Shown here piece by piece: positions 50,449 through 62,130 of a DNA stretch of 64,000 nucleotides (the stretch's first letter is position 1; every line of letters begins with the position of its first letter). The notes below the pieces were generated by a model that saw nothing but the letters and a program-made list of their open reading frames with translations, was not told where the DNA came from and did not search any database. The position numbers were made by a program, and so were the translations under genes. This stretch comes from Lama guanicoe (taxonomy: Eukaryota): positions 1,732,018 through 1,796,017 of the forward strand of contig MU057069.1 in assembly GCA_013239625.1 (NCBI GenBank). The letters run 5' to 3'.

Positions 50449-51007
50449 GAGCCCCCGCCCCCGCGGGGCCGCAGAACCTCAGGAGGCCCTTTTGTCCAAA
50501 AGTCTACTGTCACGGCTGAGCGCACACGGACGGGCGTCTTCCCTCCCGGCGCCGGGCCAGGCGCGGGGGAGGCTCCGGACCAGAAAGGACCGTCATCTGC
50601 TCCGGAAGGAAAGAGGACTGGCTGAGGCCGGACCCCCACCACCCCCACGACTTGGGGACAAGTCCCAGCAGAGGGTGGGTTTGCCTCACTTCTCACAAAG
50701 ACCTACGAATGGGGTGAGGTGGGAGTTAACCACCCACGGCTGGGCCGGAGGGCCAGGACTAACTGGCGCTAGCTTGTCCGTGACTGGGGGTCCTGCGTTG
50801 GCTGGCCTGAAACGAGGGTACGGGTCAGAGTGGAGGGAGTGACTTGTTTACATGTGTGTGCAACGGCACAAAGTGAAACGAAACAGAAACCTTGCACTTT
50901 ATTAGCAGCTCTGGTGTCGCTGTGACATGAACAAAACCATGCACGGCTGTTTGTACCATGTGTGTGAGACAGTCTCTCAAGTTATTATTTGTATTTTTTT
51001 AATATAA

Positions 51008-51013
51008 AATAAA
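51008..51013 (+). terminator. RASD1: RASD1 polyadenylation signal AATAAA
   Basis: AATAAA at the end of an AU-rich 3'UTR segment (ttattatttgtattttttt). Confidence 0.8.
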
Positions 51014-53295
51014 ATACTTTAAAATAGAAAACCTTGCTTCCTCTGCTTTTAGAAATGGCTGGAAGACGGAGGAGCAGGCAGGGAGGGGCAGTTTCTACTT
51101 CTGAGGAATGAGGCTCACCTTCCCCAGAGTGGGAAAGTAACTCTGCCTTCTAAAAACAGCTGCAGCGCTCCTGGAGGAAAGGCTCCCGAAAAGCTCCAGA
51201 TAACTGACTGGAGGCCCGTCTATCTCAGGAGCCAGTCCTCAGAAAGCCAGGGGAAAAAAGGACTTCAGGGTCCCTCCTAGAGACGCACCTTTCTAGCAGC
51301 TCACCTGCCTAGTCTTCCTGTGGCTGAGCCCGAGGGCCCTGCCAACCCGGTCCCACTCAGCACAGGCCCAATGAAACATCACTACCCCTGGAACAGGTGG
51401 TGTGAGGAGTCACTCAGGCCCTCTTTTGTGCGGGACTCTAGTCCCCAGTGAGCTGCAGGCTTGGCCACGCAGCTGTGGGACCCAGTCATGATCACCGGCC
51501 CGGCCCGGCCCCTCCAGCTCCAGGAAGCACTCATCACCCAGGTCAGGTCCGGTACCTTCTGTCTTGCAGTCTCTGCAGTTGAGGGCCCAGCTCTGTCTGC
51601 CTCTTGTAACCATGCAAGCCTGGGGCAAGTGACGCCTGCCAAGCCTCAGTCCCTATCCGGGAAACACAGAGCAGCGCGCCTCTGCTCGGGTGTGCGGGGA
51701 GGGTCACATGTGCCTGCGTACTCAGTACAGGCCCCATCCCCTGTAATCCAAATAACGCATTCAATATTGTCCCAGGGAGGGACTAACCCTGCGCTGTGAC
51801 TGTGCCCACCACAGACAAATTCTCCCCCACAAGGAGGGACACCTGGGGGCTGGTCACAGGCAGGCAGGACGACCCACCAGGCCAACAGTGCCTCTGGGGA
51901 GAGGTGTGGCTCACAGGACGGGTCACGCCATGTCCACGCTGGTCTCACTGGTTTGGCTGTGTGAGTGCTGGGGGCTGGGGCTGTGGGAGGAGGTGCGGAC
52001 AGAGGTCCTCAAAATCTGCTCGGTCTCCTCTGAGCAAAGTTAACGTTTTCCTCCAAACTGTCCAGAAGAGACATACTACTGTGAATTTCTCAGTACAAAA
52101 CCAAGATATCCTGACAGTAGAGCACAAGTTTTTAAAATTACACTCTTGAAAATTGCCACAAGTCAAAGCACTGGAGCACAGGAGAGGTTCCGTCCCCTTC
52201 GGCCTACAAGGGGCCCTCGTCCACTGAGCCCCGCAGACAGCCCGGCCTCCTGGCATTTCTGCGTGCTTCGTGTTCCATGGTATTTGGTCAGGGCCTTAAA
52301 ACTGGCCCACACACTACTCTGAAATCTCAAGAAAATAACTGATTCAGTTAATAACCTCCCCACAGTAGAGCTGGTCTAATAGGTGACACCCGCTGAAATC
52401 CAGAGCCTGCTCCTCTGTCCGAGGCCACTGGAACTGGATCCCCTCCTGCACACCCGGAGTTCCCAACGCACCAGACCTTCTGGCAGGAGCGCAGGTCGAC
52501 GCGAACAGAACTCCTGCTGAGAACATCTTCACCCAATGATCCTGCCAGTGGTGGATCCTGCCAGCGGCGGCCATCTGTTCAGCCCCTGACTGGTCAGCAC
52601 AGGTTACGAGCTCATTTCTAGATCTAAACAGGATTTGCTGACTTCTCCCTCATCCCTCAGCGGCGAGGGAAAGAAGTGCTCTGGTCTCAGTCTGACCACA
52701 CACATTCAGTGTCCTGCCGGGAAGAAACAAGGGGTGTTTATAAACACCTTGAACCAGACCTTGGCTGCGTGGCTGCCAGGTCCAGCCCTCCCCAACCGCT
52801 AGGGGCCATCAGAACCAGCGCTCTGAGCTGCCCTTTCCTGAGCAAAAAGCCCCATCATGACCACCTGTCTTTGGTGCAGCAGACACCTGTGGCTGACTTT
52901 TCAGGGACAAGGCTGAGGGGAAATCGTTTTTTAAACCAGGGAGCAGGACTCTGAAAGGCTGGAAGAGGCGGGTCTGCTCACCTAGAGCCCACGGCCACCA
53001 GTACTGCATGGGCTGAGGTGGTCTGGCTATTCTTGGGCATTAAATGGCTAACCAAGCTGACTGAAGGAGACAGAGGACAAAGGAGCAAGAGCTACAAGTA
53101 CCAAGAACATGTAGGTGACAGAGAACGTGGAGGCAGGGCTCCAGGCTGACATCCCCCAGTCACACCCACACGGCAAGAAGGAAAGGAAACAGCTATTCTG
53201 GGGCAGAAGGCCACCCATCTTCTTTCACCGCTTACATCCTCACTGAGCGCGTGTAGGCCTACTGTCCGGTGAATGCCACACACACTGCTGTTCGC

Positions 53296-53310
53296 AGAAC
53301 ACTGTGTGCC
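53296..53310. promoter_or_regulatory. Glucocorticoid response element-like AGAACActgTGTGCC in the RASD1 3' flank
   Basis: One perfect AGAACA half-site, 3-nt spacer, TGTGCC half-site; 2.29 kb downstream of the RASD1 AATAAA. Confidence 0.65.
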
Positions 53311-53628
53311 TGCTACACTCGCCAGCTCAGGGGGGGCGGGGATCAGGGCGCAGCCACCCCTCCCTGCTGTGCCTCCGGATCCCCAGCTGCCAGCCTGCCA
53401 GCGCAGCAGGGCCCCCCCGCAGAGGGGGTAAAGTCCCCCACCCCCACCCCCAGCCTCGGGGAACATTCTTCCTTCCACCTGCAGGCACTCCGGTCACCGC
53501 GCATCTAGACTTGTGGGTTCACGCCACAAGGAAGCCAGCAGCGCCGCCCAGCTGAGCCGCAGCCCGGCAGTCCCCGCCCACACGGGGGGGCGGGGTGGGA
53601 AGGCCCCGGCCCGCCCGTCGGCCCGCCT

Positions 53629-53845
53629 CTACTCCTTGGGGATCTCGAACATGCAGAGGCTCTTGTACTTCTGCAGGAGCTCGCTCTTGGTGCGGACTTG
53701 CTCCCGGAGGCTGAGCAGCTGCTGCTGCTGCTGCTCGGGGCTCAGATGGGTGCCAGGCATGGCGCTGATGACCTTGCGCATCTCCTGGAACTTGGTTTTG
53801 AGGGCATTCAGGTCCTGGTGGATGTCAGGGCTGTCCTTGTCCATG
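53629..53845 (-). CDS. MED9: MED9 exon 2
   Basis: Acceptor ctgcag|C; [71 protein letters not shown]; spliced total 438 nt, 145 aa. Confidence 0.97.
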
Positions 53846-53930
53846 CTGCAGGGGCAGAGGGCAGTGGTTAGCATCCGCAGCCCAGACCGCGCCCTCCTCG
53901 CACCCCCGAGCGTGCTGCCCCAACAGTATC

Positions 53931-53996
53931 GGGACCTGTCGGCTGTGTCCCCCGCTCAGCTGTGGGGCCTGCCGGCTGTGTCCCCCGCTCGGCTGT
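53931..53996. repeat. 33-bp tandem duplication in the MED9 intron near the exon 2 acceptor
   Basis: gggacctgtcggctgtgtcccccgctcagctgt / ggggcctgccggctgtgtcccccgctcggctgt, 3 mismatches. Confidence 0.85.
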
Positions 53997-56900
53997 GCCC
54001 GCGGCCCAGCACCAGTGTGTGACAGCGGCTCAGCACGCGACCCCCAGCAGGGTCGCCACAGCCCCTCTCTGCACCCGCATGGTGGACGCTCAGCCTTCCT
54101 CCAGAGCCACAGCCCCAACCCGGGCCCCAGCACTGCGGGCGCTGAAGCAGCATTTGCTGAAAGAATGAGCACTTGGCAAATAAGATAGTAAGAGTCTGCT
54201 AATTAATGAAAAAAACCATTACCAAAATCAGGTGACAAATGGCAAATGAAACTGGCTGAAATACCACATTTCTTCTAACTTGAGACACCCCAGGCCAATC
54301 AGGAGGCTTTCCCAACTAGCAAGAGAGAATTTTAGCTGATGTTCTGATGCTTGAGCCCATTCACATGAAGTCCCACTCCCACAGACCTGCTCACAAACGC
54401 TCAATTAGTAACAAGCACCGGGTGACTCTCAGCGGGCAGGCGCCGTCCCCCCCCCCCACAGCCATGCAGGCCACTCGCCTCGGGTCAGGCTCATTCTAAA
54501 GGCAGGATCATACCCTCCGTGTCACAGCTGTTATCACCTGCCCAGAGACCCATGGTCCCTGTCACTACTAAGTCAGAAACAGCAAGAACAAAACGCTCAC
54601 CTTCGGTCAAAGAAACAGCCTGCCGGTTGCTCCCACCCATTTTTTAAAAGTTAGTAAATGGATGGATGAGCTTTTGAAACAGGCAGCTGAGACTAAAATC
54701 TAAAAGCCGATTCACAGGCGGTTTTAAAAATCACCCATTGAGAGAATAGAGGCAAAAACTGTCAATGACTACTTATTTCTTCTAATAAATGTTCATTGCT
54801 TATGGGAAACTTCAACCCAGATGGTGCTAATTCATGTTTATTACTAATCATTTCTCTGCTTACGCAGACAGAATATCCATCTCTCCTGGTGATCTGCTGG
54901 TTACGGCTCATTCTTGGCAAGCAAGACGCACCAGGGCCTGCTCACTATTTATCAACAGCTCAAACTCAGGCAAGATTTGTAGAAACAATTGTTTACTCTG
55001 GGAACAAACGGCCGGCCAACAGTTCTTGCTGTCATTTGCAGCCCTCCCCAGAGTGAGGCAGACCGTCCGTGGTGCACCTCAGCCCAGCTCCAAGGAGCCG
55101 TCTCCTAATTCTTTCATGTCTCAGCTCAGATCTAAAACTCTGAACAGACACCACCTGGACTTCTGAAATTAAAATATAGTTTTAAGAAAACTGATTCACA
55201 GCACTTAAGTCTGAAAGGTCACGGTAAAAACAAGCAAAAACACGCGAGATAAAAATGTGGGAGAAGTTATGACAATCCAGCTCTGGAAGCAAACATAAGC
55301 TGGCCCAAAAGAAGACGTAATTCTGAAAGTAAAAGTGAGCCATGTTGAAGATGCCCGTTTCTGAAAACCCACATCTCAGGAGCTGCCCGCCCTCTACCTG
55401 GGGAGCTTGCGGTAAAGGAGACAGTCTTCAGGTAATAAAGGAGGAGCCACGTGCGAAGGCTGCCCTGAGGGAAGCTGAGCTGAGGGGCGACCATGTCCGT
55501 TTTTCAGGCTGTCCCCAGGGGGATGGGGCAGCGGGCAACCCCCCACTTCCGGGCCAGGATGACGGAACCACCCCAGCCCCTCAGGCCTCTCCAGGCGCAG
55601 TGCCCCCTATCCCCAGGACCCAGCATGGGCACCCCTGCTGCTGCCGGGCAGCTGCCTCCTTGGTTCCCAGCTGCCTTGGGCAGGCGCCTGGGAACCAGGC
55701 AGGCAGGCGGAGGGCAGTGGCAGAGTAGTAAACAGGTCTGTGAGCTGCCCAGGAAGAGTTCCTCCCAACAGTTCGTCAACAGTCCCCATCTGGGCACAGC
55801 CTTTCACCAGGATTTGGCCAAAGGGGAAGACAGGGAATGGCAGAGGCCACAGGCAAGCTGCAGCACCCTGGGTCACTCCCGGGCTCTGCAGGCGTGGAGG
55901 GCTGGGCGATGGACAGGCCCTGGCGGGCGAAGAAGCGGGTCAGCCCCAGCCACCACAGAGGGCCTGCGGCTCTGGGTCTTGCTGGCAGGCCGTGGCCCAG
56001 CCCCACGTGGGGTGACAGACCAGGAGCCGCCACGTGAACTGCCCCACTGAGTCAAAGACGCTGGGCGTTTCCATGCAAACCGCAAAAAGTACACAGTGAC
56101 AGCATATTGTACCTTTGAGAGCCTGACAACCACGATTCAGGGCTCCTGGGCTGGGACACTTGGTTCCCCATGCGGATTAGATGTGGCAAGTTTGAAGGGG
56201 AAAAACATGGTAACTTCCCCCGATCCAAAAGGCCTCACTTCATTCCTCCTTGACTATAAGGCACGTCTTTCTCTAATGCAGCTTCTGAACATACCAGGGA
56301 AGGCCTCAAGGAGCTGGGGTCATTTCTTACAGGCATAAAAATAAGACTTTTCTTTTCCCTTTCCTTAGTCTTTAACAATGACACAAACGTGTAGTTTTAG
56401 CCATTCATTCAACTACAGGAAAGACACCAACAGGGACTGAAGTGCTGAGGGCCCAAGAGCTCCTCTCTGACACTGGGCAGGGCATCCCCTGCCAGGAGGT
56501 GGCAGGAGTCAGGGGCGGGAGGAGGTCGCATTTTCCTGGGCAAAGGCAGGGTGGGAGGCTGGAAGGCCCCCTATGGAGGGTGGGGGTGCACGAGCCAGGC
56601 GACAACTGCTGCGCCAGAATGACTCGCTTCGGGGCTCCAGGCCTCAGTGCATAGGCCAGTCGGCCTTGGAAGACGAGTGGAGGGCTGAAGGCTGGAAGAG
56701 CCACCAGGGCAGAACAGGGAGCCCCAGGGATTTGCAATCAGAGCAAAATGACCTTGGTCACACACACAGGACGAATGAGAGAGAGGAGGGTGAAGGCGGA
56801 GAGACTAATCAAAAAGAGGCTAGAAGGCCTGGACCATGAGTGGCCTTGCCGGGCACGGAGCCACAGGAGCATGTAAAAGCCTAGATGCTGGGTAACCAAA

Positions 56901-59041
56901 AGCACCCCGCATCCCAGACGGGCTGCCAGGAAAAAGGACGGGCAAGGTGAGCGAGCCGCAGAGAGACACAGCCAAGAGGGAGGCAAGAGAGAGACCAGCC
57001 TTGGAAGATGATGACACGTGCAGTGCCAGGGAAGAACAGAACGTGCAAGAGCAGATCAGAAAGCACGGGACGCGGGGTGACAGAGATGGTGACTCACGCA
57101 GGGACATCAACCACCTTCCGTAACAGCAGCGGGGAGGGCTGCCCCTCACTCCTTACATCAAATATATTCCAGAAGCATCACAGGATTTAAAGTAAAAACA
57201 ACCCACAAAGGTCCTCGGAAAAAGGGATCCATTTCTGCCATTTTACTAGCGTGAGAAGGCCTTTATCCTAGGACCAGAACTCAGAGGCCATAAAAGCTTA
57301 ATAAACTTGCCTACACAAAAGGATCCGCTTCTGAATGACCCAAAGCCCCCAGAAAACTAAAACAAAAAACAAACACTAACAACCAGGGACAAAGTCCAAA
57401 GAAAAGCAACAACTGGGGGAAATATTTCAATACGCTTGACAGACGAAGGCATACTTTCCTTACTGTACAAAGAACTCACAGAAAGAGGCAGGAGCAGCTT
57501 ACAAGGAAAAACCACAAATGACATATAAAGTTGCTTATGAACAGATGCTCCGCCTCATGTAATAAAAGACACAGATTAACACAACACATCATTTCTGCCT
57601 GAGGAGATCTGCCCAGGTTTAACAGTCTAACGGTGATGGCAGGGGCATGGGAAGCCCGAATTGGTGCACTCTTCCTGGATTTGCCAACAGTGATTAAACT
57701 TTTAAATTCATAAGTTCCACAGCTAGAAACTTACTCTACAGAGATTCTCAAGAGTTTACAAAGAGGTTCACTGCAACAAGACTACAACAGCAAGATGCCA
57801 GAAACACGACAGCGTCCTTAAGCAGGGAAGTGCTTAAGTTAAGTGAGGGCTTGTTCCTGAACTGGGACACTATGCAGGTTGGGGACAAGGGAGGGAGCCG
57901 GGAGGAGGTGGGGAAAGGGGCTCACGTGCCATTTTACATCTTCGGGTGCTGCTGGAACACATTAACAACTGTCTTTCCCTTTAAATACTGTCCGGTGGCA
58001 GACTGATGGGCATTCTCCGTTAGCGTTAGCGGAAGCGGCCCCATCTACAGGCTGCTGTGCTGGAGAAAGAACTAAGAAGACGCGGCATTCCAACTCAGCC
58101 AGAGTCCTCGCAGTTAAAACAGCGCAGTCCCTAAACTTGCTCAGTGCAAGGACGCCCACCTAGCACTGCTGTAACAGCGGAAATTAGGAAAACTCGTACA
58201 CATCCATAAACAGATGACAGTTACGTCATTAGGCAGCAGCCACCTTATGGAGGAAGACCTCGTCTGAGTGTGGAAAGGTCCAAAGCAGACCAGTGAGGGG
58301 AAAACCAAAGTGCCGTGCGATCTCAGTGTGCGTCGCTCGTTGCAAGGATGTGCGCACACAAACGCCCAGAAGGGCACATAGTGACAGCAGTCACCACCGG
58401 TGGGGACTTAGGGGAGGAATCTCCTCATTTTACACAGTTTCTGAATGTCAACTGTTACTGTTTCTAAGTAAAATACTTCTAAATCCTTATGATTCTTTAT
58501 GAGAACAGGAAGGCTCAGCTCACTTCAGCTTTTTCCTTCCTGCTCACCCCTGCGTGAGGAGTAAATAATAAAAGGGCCGGCAGGGAAGCTGCAGAAAGGG
58601 AGACATCAAGGGCCTGGGTGACTGGGCCAGGCCAATGCCCAGCGTCCTTGAGGACTCTCAGCCTGTCCACTGAGATGACACACCCAGGGGGCATAGACCT
58701 CCCCCACCCCCGAAGGGGGTGCACTGCCCCCGACCCCGGCTCTTCCTGCCCCTCCAGCTCTCCCTTCCCACTAGGGATTTATGCCCCCGCCCCACCACAC
58801 TGCGCGTGGACTCCCCACGAGTCCGTACTGTTTCCTGCCATCACACCCTCACCCACCCACTTCCTGCCCCACCCCCTTCCCTCCCACAATTTAAAACCAG
58901 CACTGCCCCTTAACAAGCCTTCTGTCTGACTTTTCCAGGCTTCACAAGGCCTCATCTCCATCAGTGCCCTGACCCCATTCTGTCTCCTTCACTCATTAGC
59001 CTATAAACTGAAATACATGCCTAGACTAACATGTAAAAATT

Positions 59042-59165
59042 GGGGCGGGGAAGAGTACAGCTCAGTGGTAGAGCATATGCTTAGCATGAATGAGGTCCTG
59101 GGTTCAATTCCCAGTACCTCCACTGAAACAAATAAATAAGCCTAATTACCTATCCCCCCAAAAAA
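59042..59165 (+). mobile_element. tRNA-Ala-derived SINE (MED9 intron)
   Basis: TACAGCTCAGTGGTAGAGCATATGCTTAGCATGAATGAGGTCCTGGGTTCAATTCCCAGTACCTCC plus AAATAAATAAGCCTAATTACC tail. Confidence 0.88.
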
Positions 59166-59574
59166 GAGTAAAACACTGAAAGGCTGAGTGGCAGTTCCAG
59201 GATGAGTGACGTTCTACTTTCTTAGGATGAACTAAGGTCTTTCTTGGGGAGCCCCCACTGTCCCTGGGGCCTCTGGGTCAGACCCCCAGAAGGTACCTGT
59301 TTTCTTTGGCTGCCAGTCTGGAAGCCGGGGCAGGCAGTGGCAGCGAAGGTTAGGGCTGAGCCTCAGCAGTCAGTGTGTGAACGTTCTCTTAGCCCCTGTT
59401 CAGCGTGGCTCCCTGGCCCCCAGCTCCTGCAGTGTGCCTGGTGTTCCCCACATGCTCTCTGGCTTATTCTTTCCCAAAAATAAATCTTAGGAAAGGGTAA
59501 GCTTTTCATTGGCAGCTGAAATGAAGGGCCATATGCTTGCAGTCTGGGACAAGACTAAGAGGACTCACTCCTTG

Positions 59575-59660
59575 TGTTTTATGGAGGCTCTGGGGATGGA
59601 GTCCAGGCCTCCTGCGTGCTAAGCATGTGTTCTACCACTGAGCTATTACCCCTGCTCCCC
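59575..59660 (-). mobile_element. tRNA-Ala-derived SINE (MED9 intron)
   Basis: Plus strand reads ggaggctctggggatggagtccaggcctcctgcgtgctaagcatgtgttctaccactgagcta. Confidence 0.8.
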
Positions 59661-59896
59661 AGGGATCTGCTTCTTAAACAGACTTTCAAGTAAGCCTCCT
59701 GTTCTCAGTCCCCCTTCGCCCTTTCACCAGAGATCCCTGCACTGCCATTCCTGAGATGTGGGGGTTGGCCACGGTCAAAGGTAACTGCTTCTAGCTGCTT
59801 CCGGGGCTGGGAGGGAGATCAGCCCTTGGTCATCACTTTGTGGCAATCACCTCCTCACCTGTCCCTTTTAGTTTTATGCTTAAAAAAAACTCTTCA

Positions 59897-60040
59897 TCCC
59901 AGCGAAAAAAAATGTGACAATGAATATATATATATATGTTCATGTATAACTGAAAAATTGTGCTCTACGATGGAATTTGACACAACATTGTAAAATGACT
60001 ATAACTCAATAAAAACAATGTAAAAACAAACAAACAAACA
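59897..60040 (+). mobile_element. 5'-truncated L1 3' end with A-rich tail and TSD
   Basis: L1 3'UTR-like ...acacaacattgtaaaatgactataactcaataaaa followed by a (CAAA)n tail; AACTCTTCA at 59888-59896 and 60040-60048; TT/AAAA site at the left edge. Confidence 0.75.
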
Positions 60041-60139
60041 ACTCTTCACTGTTCTTTCAGAGGGAACAAAGACCAACACATGTGGCCAAGCTGTCATCTT
60101 TCCCAGGAGGACACTCTTAAGTACACCTCCCAGCAATCT

Positions 60140-60410
60140 TACGATTTAAGTACAATCAGTCCCATTTCACAAGGGGAAAAGAGACTCAGAGAAGCTGTCT
60201 GACCAATGTCACCCAGCCAGTCCCTTATAAAGCTATCATCTGAACCCATCATTTGAGATTCACTATTATTATCCACATTTTGGAGATAAGAAAATTAAGG
60301 CCTAGAAAGGCTACATATTTGCTAAGATTCCAAGGCCAGCAAGCATCAGCACACAGATGTGAATCTGAGACCGTGTGACCTGAAAACCCACGTCCTCTCC
60401 AGTGTGCATT
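60140..60410. mobile_element. Two MIR fragments
   Basis: cccatttcacaaggggaaaagagactcagaga and cacattttggagataagaaaattaaggcctaga. Confidence 0.55.
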
Positions 60411-61697
60411 ACAGCTCCGACTTCAGGCCGGGCCCAGCCTGGCTCCTCTATCAGGGCTCAAGAATACATTCCCAGAGTGTGTACATGGAGTGTGTCCATT
60501 TTCCTTTAAAACCAGGGGAAGTATATTTGGGTAAATCTGGATAACGCCTTTATAATCCAGCACGGCCCTGGGATTGCAGAGTCTGCATCTGTGTTTGCTA
60601 TGTCACTGCTGTCTACAAGTGCCACTGGACAGCCACAGACTTCTGAGAACAGAACAGAGACTGCCTTACCCTCTAAACAGTGCGTCCACCAAGAGAAGCC
60701 AAATGAAGCCAAGGTCCAGGGAGAAAAAAGGCTTTGCAGTCACTTGGAAAGTGGGGGAAGCATCAGGCCGCCCCACAGCAAGCAGATCAAGTCCGCCTTA
60801 ACTCAGAACAAGAGGGGCCAGTAACCACTTTCAGGTTGTGAGCTTCACCCCACTCTAGTCAAACATTCAAGAGCACACCGATGCTCACGTGAATGCTACT
60901 GAAACTAATTCTGTCTTAGTTTACTTTGTTTTGGTTTTGAATAGTTGAATAAAAGTTAAAAGCCCAGGGGTTTGCACCCAGTTATCATGCAGACGTAAAC
61001 AACATTTAACAGTAAAAATAATTTAGGCAAATGTGGGGGTCGGGAGACTTGGCTGAAGGTTCTTTTTCCCTTTAGGACCAGTTTGAAAAGTCAGGGAACC
61101 TGAAGACTGGACAAAAGGAGACAGCCAAGGCTGTGGCACCTGTCTGGGCGTGATGAGCCCTGCGGGCGGCCGGCGGCCCTTTCCTGTAATGTTCGTTCCC
61201 ACCATCACCTCTACAAACCCTCTGCATTAGGAGTTACTTCCGTTCATGTCCTTTTTCCTTCCAAGTGGTGGGCAATGTGGGGGTGAAAAACCCTCCCTTT
61301 CCCGTGCACATCCCATAGCACTTAGCAGTGTGCCACGCGGAAGAGGACCGTATCCACTTATCTGCTGGAAAATGACACCTCTAATTATAGGTGAGAAAAC
61401 TGAGGCTCCGAGAAGCCTGGCTGGTTCCAGGCTACCAGGCTGCACACGAGCAGTCTGACTGCAGAGCCTGTGCGTTTAGTCTCTGGGCCCGCTTCGTTAA
61501 GAACACCGCCTGGCCAGCACGCGGCCTGGCAACTCTCGGGACTCAAAGTCGGCTGAACTGGTGGGATGACTCCATGCGGTCTCGGCAAGGCCGCCCCCTC
61601 AGGGCCCGTCTCCCCCATCTGTCAAGCGGGGCGCCCCCGGAGCTCGGGCACGCGGCGGGCAGCGGGAGGGCGTGCGGACCGCCCTCTGGGCCCTTAC

Positions 61698-61918
61698 CAT
61701 TTGATGATGTTGTGAACCAGCGGGAGGAAGGAGCAGTTCTCTTCCGCCTTCATGCCGGCCGGGGACGGAGGCCTTGGCGCCGGCTGTGGCTGAGGCACGG
61801 AGACCGGCTGCGGCGGCTGCGTCGGCGGCAGCGGCTTCGTCTCGGGCAGCGGCGGCTCGGCCAGCGGCGGCAACGCATCCTCGGCTTGTCGGCCGGCGGC
61901 CACCCCCACAGAGGCCAT
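61698..61918 (-). CDS. MED9: MED9 exon 1
   Basis: [18 protein letters not shown]...Pro-rich...[15 protein letters not shown](C); donor TG|GTAAGG on the minus strand; lies in a CpG island. Confidence 0.96.
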
Positions 61919-61919
61919 A

Positions 61920-62130
61920 GCGCCCCGGGCTCCGGCTGCCGGTCAGCGGTGCCGCCACTCAGCGCGCCGGAAGCGTCGCGGCCTCCTGACGTCACCACCG
62001 TGCGCCCGCGGGGGCAGGACCTGGAGGACGGCTGACAGCGCACGCTCTACGGAGTGGGGCGGGGCCAGGGCGCGGGGCGGGGCCAGGGCGGCCGTTACTA
62101 GGCAACAGCCGGCTGGCCGGTCGGGGTTGG
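61920..62130 (-). promoter_or_regulatory. MED9: MED9 CpG-island promoter: ETS CCGGAAG (61967), full CRE TGACGTCA (61987-61994), duplicated GC boxes (62056-62090), X-box GTTACTAGGCAAC (62094-62106)
   Basis: Motifs read directly; typical housekeeping promoter composition. Confidence 0.8.

Noticed and set aside
59042-59125. tRNA-Ala(AGC)-like sequences here and at nine other sites
   Set aside because: They have A-rich SINE tails, TSDs and stem mismatches, so they are SINE copies and not tRNA genes.
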